Shown here piece after piece: positions 58,186 to 64,000 of a stretch of DNA of 64,000 nucleotides. Every line of letters begins with the position of its first letter. Positions within the stretch are counted from its first letter, which is position 1. Source of the DNA: Octopus vulgaris (Eukaryota); the NCBI GenBank assembly GCA_951406725.2, contig OX597842.1:13950001-14014000 (forward strand), given 5' to 3'. Made by a program: the position numbers and the translations under genes. The notes under the pieces were generated by a model that saw only the letters and a program-made list of their open reading frames with translations, was not told the DNA's origin and made no database searches.

Positions 58186-59952
58186 TGAGAGAGAGTATAA
58201 AGAAGGAAAGAATGAAAGAAAGTGAGAGAGAGAAAGGAAGAATGAAAAGAGAGAAAAAGAAGGAATGAGAGAAAAGAGCAGGGAAGGAATAAAGTAACGT
58301 GATTCTGTAATAATGCATGTAATGAGAGCGGAAGAAAGAAAGAAAAGGAGAAAGAAAGAAAGGAAAGGAAGGAAGGAAGGAAGGAAGGAAGGAAGAAATA
58401 AATAAAGAAAGAAAGAAAGAAGGAAAGAAAGAAAGAAAGCGAAGTGATTCCGGAATAAACAAAGAGATGAGAGCAGGGGGAGAGAAAGAAAGGAAGAAAG
58501 AAAGAAAGAAAGAAAGGGAGAAAGAAAGGGAGAAAAAAGGAAAAAGAAAGAAGGAATGAAAGAAAGAAAATAAAGAAAGACAGAAAGGGAAAAGAAAGAA
58601 AGATGGAAAAAAAGAAGGAAAGAAAGAGAGAAAGAGAGCAGGGCGAGAGGGAGAGAGAGAAAAGGAGAAAAGGAAAAGAAACGAAACAACGAGAAAAAAG
58701 GAATGAAGAAAAAGCAAAGAAGCAAAGGAGAAGGAAAGATAAGAGCGAGGAAAGAAAAGAGAATGAAGGGAAAGAAGAAGGAAATGAAAAACTGGAAGAA
58801 AAACAAACAAATAAAAAAAATGAAAGAAAGAAACAAAGAAAGAATGAGAGAAACAAACGAAGGAAGAAAGAAAGAAATAAAAAAGAAAGATAGACAGACA
58901 GACAGACAGACAGGAAAGAAAGAAAGAAAAGAAAGAAAGAAGGGAAAAGGAAGGAAAGAATGAAAGCAAGAAAGGAAGAAAAAAGAAAGAGAGGAAGGAA
59001 AAGGAAAGAGAGAAAGGAGAAAGAAAGAAAAAAAAGAAAGAAAGAAAAAAGAAAGGAAAGAAAGCAAAAAGAAAGAAAAGAAGAGGAAAGAAAGAAAGAA
59101 AGTAAAAAGAAGAAAAAAGAGAAAGAAGAAAGGAAAAGGAAACAAAAAGAAAGAAAGAATGAGAGATAGAGAGAAGAAGGCGACGTAATTCAGTAAAAAT
59201 GATGAGAAGAAAGAGGGAGAGGGAGGGAGAGAGGGGGAGGAAGGAGGAGGGATTAGAGAAATTAATGTTAAGAAGAGAGGAGGAGTATGAGCTGAGAGAC
59301 AAAGAGTAAAAAGGCGGAGCATTAATATATAATAAGGTAATAGAGAGAGGGAGAGGGAGATAGGGAGAAAGAGAGAGACAGACAAACAGAGACACGGAGA
59401 CAGAGAGAGAGACATAAGAAGCGAGAGGGAGAAAGAGAGAGACTGAAATAGAGAAATGGAGAGAGCAAAGAGAGAGAAAGACAGATATAGAGAAAGAGAG
59501 GGAGATGGAAAGGGAGGAGAAAGGGAGGGAAAGAATGAGGTAAGAGAATGAGAGAATATTATATAAGGAGGTGGAGGGAGAGAGAGAATGATACATAGGT
59601 TTAGAAAGAGAGGGAGAGTGTGACGCGGGGCGGAGCGCAAAAGAGGTAGAGGGATAGTATGAGATATGAGGTGGTAAAGAGGGAGGGAGAGAGTCAAAAA
59701 GTGAGGGAGGGGGAAGGAAACAGAGATGATGTAAGAGATATATGCTTTGTGAGGGAGGGAGAGTAAGAGTTGAGAGAAAATGAGGGATGAGGGAGGCGGG
59801 GTTAAACAATAATATAAATAAGTGACAGAGAGAGGAGTAGAGAAGGAGAGGGAATGATGTGTGTGATAAGAGAGGGAGTCTATCATGTATTAGAGAAAGG
59901 AAGAGGGGAAGGATGAGGTATTAATACAGAATGAGGAAGGAGAGAGAAGAGT
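58186..59952. repeat. Polypurine (GA-rich) low-complexity tract
   Basis: ~1.7 kb strongly A/G-biased on the + strand; a second related tract at 60510-61050. Confidence 0.9.
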
Positions 59953-62900
59953 TTCGTAGTGTCCTTCATTTTCATATGAAACACAAAACCAAACTTTAGC
60001 AGACTTGGCTGTTATTTCTAGCATCACATTTGATCCCAAACTGGACTATATTTCCTTAGAAGCTCCTTAAAGTGACCTTTATAAAAACGATGTAAAGTAT
60101 AGTGTGGTAGGCTGTTATTTCTAGCAAGATAACAGACCACCAATACGTTTATAGACGCTTCTTCACTTGGTTTCTCATTCGAGGAAGAAGTCTGACCAGA
60201 TCCGCGAAAAAGTTTTATAAATGCTTCTTAAATTGTCTTTCAATTTCGTATGAAAAACAAAGCAACTTTGAGTGTAGTGGGCTGTTATTTCTAGCATGAT
60301 GTCAAACCACGTGTAGGACGATTCTTTGAATAAATGCTTCTTAAATTGTCCGTCAATGCCTCGACTATTTAATTCCCTCAATTAAGAACTACACTAATTA
60401 TGTAATTAATCGTTAGTTAAATAATTAGCTTCTGGTAAAATAATTAGCGAGAGAGAAATTTGAAGGTAAATCTGAAAATATAATTTATTTGTAAGAAAAT
60501 AAGGTTTCTTAGGAATAAAAGGAGAGGAAGAGGGAGAGGGTTAGATATAAGGAGGCGGGGGAGATAGAGAGAGAAAGAAAGGAAGAAAGAGTGAGAGAGA
60601 GAAACCCTAGGGAAGGGGAGGGATATATTAATGTATGAGGAAGCAGAGAGTGGGAGAGAGAGAGACAGACAGAATGCGTGAGAGAGAGAGAGAGAAAGAG
60701 AGACAGATATACAGTTAGTGAGGGAGAGGATGATGTGAACGCTTTTGCAAGGGAGGTGGGGGTGATTAAATTGAATATATAATGAGGTTCTGAGAAAAAG
60801 GAGACAAAGAGGGAGAAGTGGGAGGATATGTTTTGTAGGGGAGGGAGGCTGGGATCATAAGAGAGAAAATAAGAGAGGGGGAGTGATATGTAAGAGAAGG
60901 ATTCTGTAATAAATAATGAGGTGAGAGAGGGGCGGGAAGAGAAAGGGACAAAGAGAGAGAGAGAGAAAGAGGGAGGGAGCGCTTGAGAACGTTGAATATA
61001 TTTACTAATGGAGGAAGGGTGTGAGGTAATAAAGGAAGCAAGATGGGCGGGGTCAACCATATTATATAAGGTGGTGGTTGTGGGCGGTGTCAAAGTTGAG
61101 AGAGTAAGGGTAATAACTCTTATTCAATCCCATTTTCCCTTTAAACTATTACTTCCTGTTGTGTTCAATAAAATCTGTCTTCCGGCGCAGTTTGTGAAGA
61201 TTTCCAATTATGATTTACTGTAAATAATAGATCGAAGTGTTTATAATACATTATCAATAAATATCGAACATTTCTCCACGTCACTCATTCGTTTTTCGTT
61301 TCACATCTGACCATTTCGTCTTTTAAATTTCCGATTCTTACTCTTTAACTTCGCTCTTCTCTGCAATCGTCACACAACCACTGTTGCTGCTGCACATGCT
61401 AGAAACAACAGACAAATCCCACATAAGAAACGATAAAGTATAAAACCATTTCATTACTCTTAAAAATTTCTTAAAAATTGATTTAATTTCAATTTTGTCA
61501 ATTTTTACTGAATTCAATCATTCGACTACGGCCAAGCTGGGGTACCGCTTTGATAAAATTTAGTCGAATGAATCACCCCAGTAATTGTTTTTTATATACT
61601 TTACGCACGGTACTCCGTCTACCGGTGTCTTTTGCCAAACGGTTAATCTAAGGGGACGTAAACACACAAACACTGTTTGTGAAGCAGTGGGTAATTGTGA
61701 AACGCAAACACAAAGACACACACACGCGCACACACATGTGTGTGCGCGTGCATGTGTGTGTGTATACGATTAGCCTCTTTCAGTTTCCGTCTACCAAGTC
61801 TACTCTTAGGTCGACCCGAAGATATAACAGAAGACATCTGGACAAGGCGCCAGGCAGAGATACCGAACCCGGAACCATACGGTTGGGAACCAACTTTTTT
61901 ACTGTAAAGCCCTGTCTGTAATTTTAGTACATAAAGCAAATAAAATCTTCGAATACATGTTTCTGATAGTTGAACTTTCTGCTCCACATGTATTCATGGA
62001 CAGAAGGAGGCGTGAAATATTTCACGCTATGGCTGTAATATCGTTTCTTTTAATTCAGCTGACATCCATCTCGATAATCTTTCGTTTTAAGTATTCACGC
62101 GCTGAAAGAAAGAATACAAAAAAATCTGCAAACCAAATAAATTAAATGTGATTTATTTTCAAAGTGAAATATATTCCAAAATTGCTAAATGATTTAAGAT
62201 ATGACTGAGGGTACTCTGCCTGTTGTTTCTAGCTTAAAGAAGATGTCATCTATGGAGAGAGAAGGAACGTGTCTCCATAGACTTCAACATCTGCATTCAG
62301 GATGGGAATAAGAAGACAATAAACTGAAAAGCAAAAACAATGTGAATATTAGGTACCTGGCTGTTATTTCTAGCATGATGTAAGGCCAAGCTTAGGAGAA
62401 TATCCTTAACGTTCTCTGACGCGTCATCAGAGCGAACGATTTGCACGAAACTTGTTTAAACAGCGGAATTAAGTCTGACCCTCTTCTAAGTGCCGTGTAT
62501 TGCGTTGCTGAATGGAAGCTTGGCCGCATCCACAAAGGGAAAAAGGATGAAGAAACGCGAATGCGCGTTGACTTGTGATTTCAGTTGCTGCAGCAGCCAA
62601 CCTATGATTTGTATTGAGATGTAAGTGTGAACGATTGGAACCAAATGCAGCTGAAAGGCACGAGGAATTCTGAAACTTTGATTATTGCGCCGAATCGATG
62701 TATTTAATTATTTAATTAATGATTAATTACATACTTACTCTATGTATGTGTGTCCGCGCGTGTGTGGGCTTACATTTGACTAAACCCCATGGCTTCACGA
62801 CCAGTGTTTGTTTGTTTACGTCCCTGTAGATTAGTCGTTTGGCAAAAGTTACCGACAGAAATATTATGCACGCACGTACACACACGCACACACACACACT

Positions 62901-63439
62901 CACACACACAAACATATGCTGGAGTAGTCCCTTCAATTAAAATTCAATAAAAGTTTACCCCAGCCTGGCCGCTGTGCAATGACTGAACCCAGTAAAAAAG
63001 CGTAAGGTTTCAATGAAACACTCCTTTCTTCTTCCCTAAACATATTCGCCAATTTCTAAACACTTCAATGAATTATTTACATTAAAACAGATTTGGAAAT
63101 CTTCACAGATTTTATTTAACAAAACAGAACCTGATACAGTTTCATGCAAAAAGGGATGTAATAAGAGTTATTATCCTTACCGTTCGCTCCTCCCATCTTA
63201 TTATCTAATTCACCATGACTCCACCCATTTCCTTTGTTACCTCCTACCCTTCCTCTATTTGAAATATATTCATCGTTCTCTCTCTCTCTCTCTCGCTCCC
63301 TCTTTCTCTGTCTCTCTATCTCTTTCTATTCTCTCATCTCATTATTTATTACAGAATCCTCCCACTCTGTTTTCTGTCTTAACCCCGCCTCCCGTTCTAA
63401 ACCTTACTAAACGCATATAGCATTTTGTTTCAATCCCCC

Positions 63440-64000
63440 TCTCTCTCTCTCTCAGTCGTCCTTTCTCTCTCTCTCTCCCTCCCTCCCTTACTCTATATAT
63501 CTTTCTATATCACTCCGTCACTCCCACTTTCTCTCTCTTACCTCATGCTCTCCTTCTCTCTCCCTCCCTTTCTCTCTCTCTCTCAGTCATCCTTTCTCTC
63601 TCCCTCCCTCCCTTACTCTATATATCTTTCTATATCACTCCATCACTCCCTCTTTCTCTCTCTTACCTCATGCTCTCTTTCTCTCTCAATCCCTCTCTCT
63701 CTCTAAGTCGTCTTTTCTCTATCTCTCTCCCTCCCTCCATTACTCTATATTTCTTTCTATATCACTCCATCACTCCCTCTTTCTCTCTCTTACCTCATGC
63801 TCTCTTTCTCTCTCCCTCCCTTTCTCTCTCTCTCTAAGTCGTCTTTCTCTCTCTCTCTCCCTCCCTCCCTTACTCTATATATCTTTCTATATCATTCCGT
63901 CACTCCCACTTTCTCTCTCTTACCTCATGCTCTCTTTCTCTCTCCCTCCCTTTCTCTCTCTCTCTAAGTCGTCTTTTCTCTCTCTCTCTCTCCCTCCCTC
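63440..64000. repeat. CT-rich tandem repeat, ~125-130-bp unit, at least 4 copies, running off the window
   Basis: Unit landmark (c/a)agtc(g/a)tc at about 63453, 63584, 63705, 63836 and 63966; recurring ttacctcatgctctc and ttactctatat...ctttctatatca. Confidence 0.85.

Noticed and set aside
57820-59886. 688-aa and 553-aa F/L/S-rich ORFs resembling membrane proteins
   Set aside because: Translation of a polypyrimidine strand that lacks stop codons by composition; no domain structure.
60007-60296. Repeat-spacer pattern resembling a CRISPR array; reverse complement similar to the sgRNA scaffold word GCTAGAAATAGC
   Set aside because: Only 17 bp, irregular spacing of about 100-170 bp, eukaryotic context and no cas genes; the similarity is judged coincidental.

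Overview
Repeat-dense, AT-rich metazoan genomic DNA. The microsatellite load and the SINE/LINE families look like Octopus (cephalopod); this is inferred from repeat recognition, not from a search. The only host gene I can support is the 5' part of a minus-strand secreted or membrane leucine-rich-repeat (LRR) protein gene. It has a signal peptide + LRRNT exon (27965-28166) followed by single-LRR 72-bp exons, all phase 2-2 (9946-10017, 2866-2937, 603-674), and runs off the left edge. These exons sit in tandemly duplicated exon+intron cassettes showing birth-and-death: a donor-dead exon (4478-4549), a half exon destroyed by a fold-back inversion (19063-19091) and exon-less cassette remnants. The rest is decayed mobile DNA: R4/Dong-like LINEs in (TAA)n, Tx1/L1-like LINEs, CR1, Penelope-like elements (PLEs) in (TA)n, a hAT/Buster remnant, a Helitron-like element, a mariner scrap and tRNA-derived SINEs. 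There are also several type I hammerhead ribozyme motifs, many fold-back palindromes, and a ~8-9 kb tandem segmental duplication (34670-42583 / 43430-56133) upstream of the LRR gene. Its second copy carries a 5-kb PLE insertion with inverted arms and a (TA)n-centred palindrome. Most ORFs in the supplied track are microsatellite artefacts. Identity values are by-eye estimates and element boundaries are approximate.
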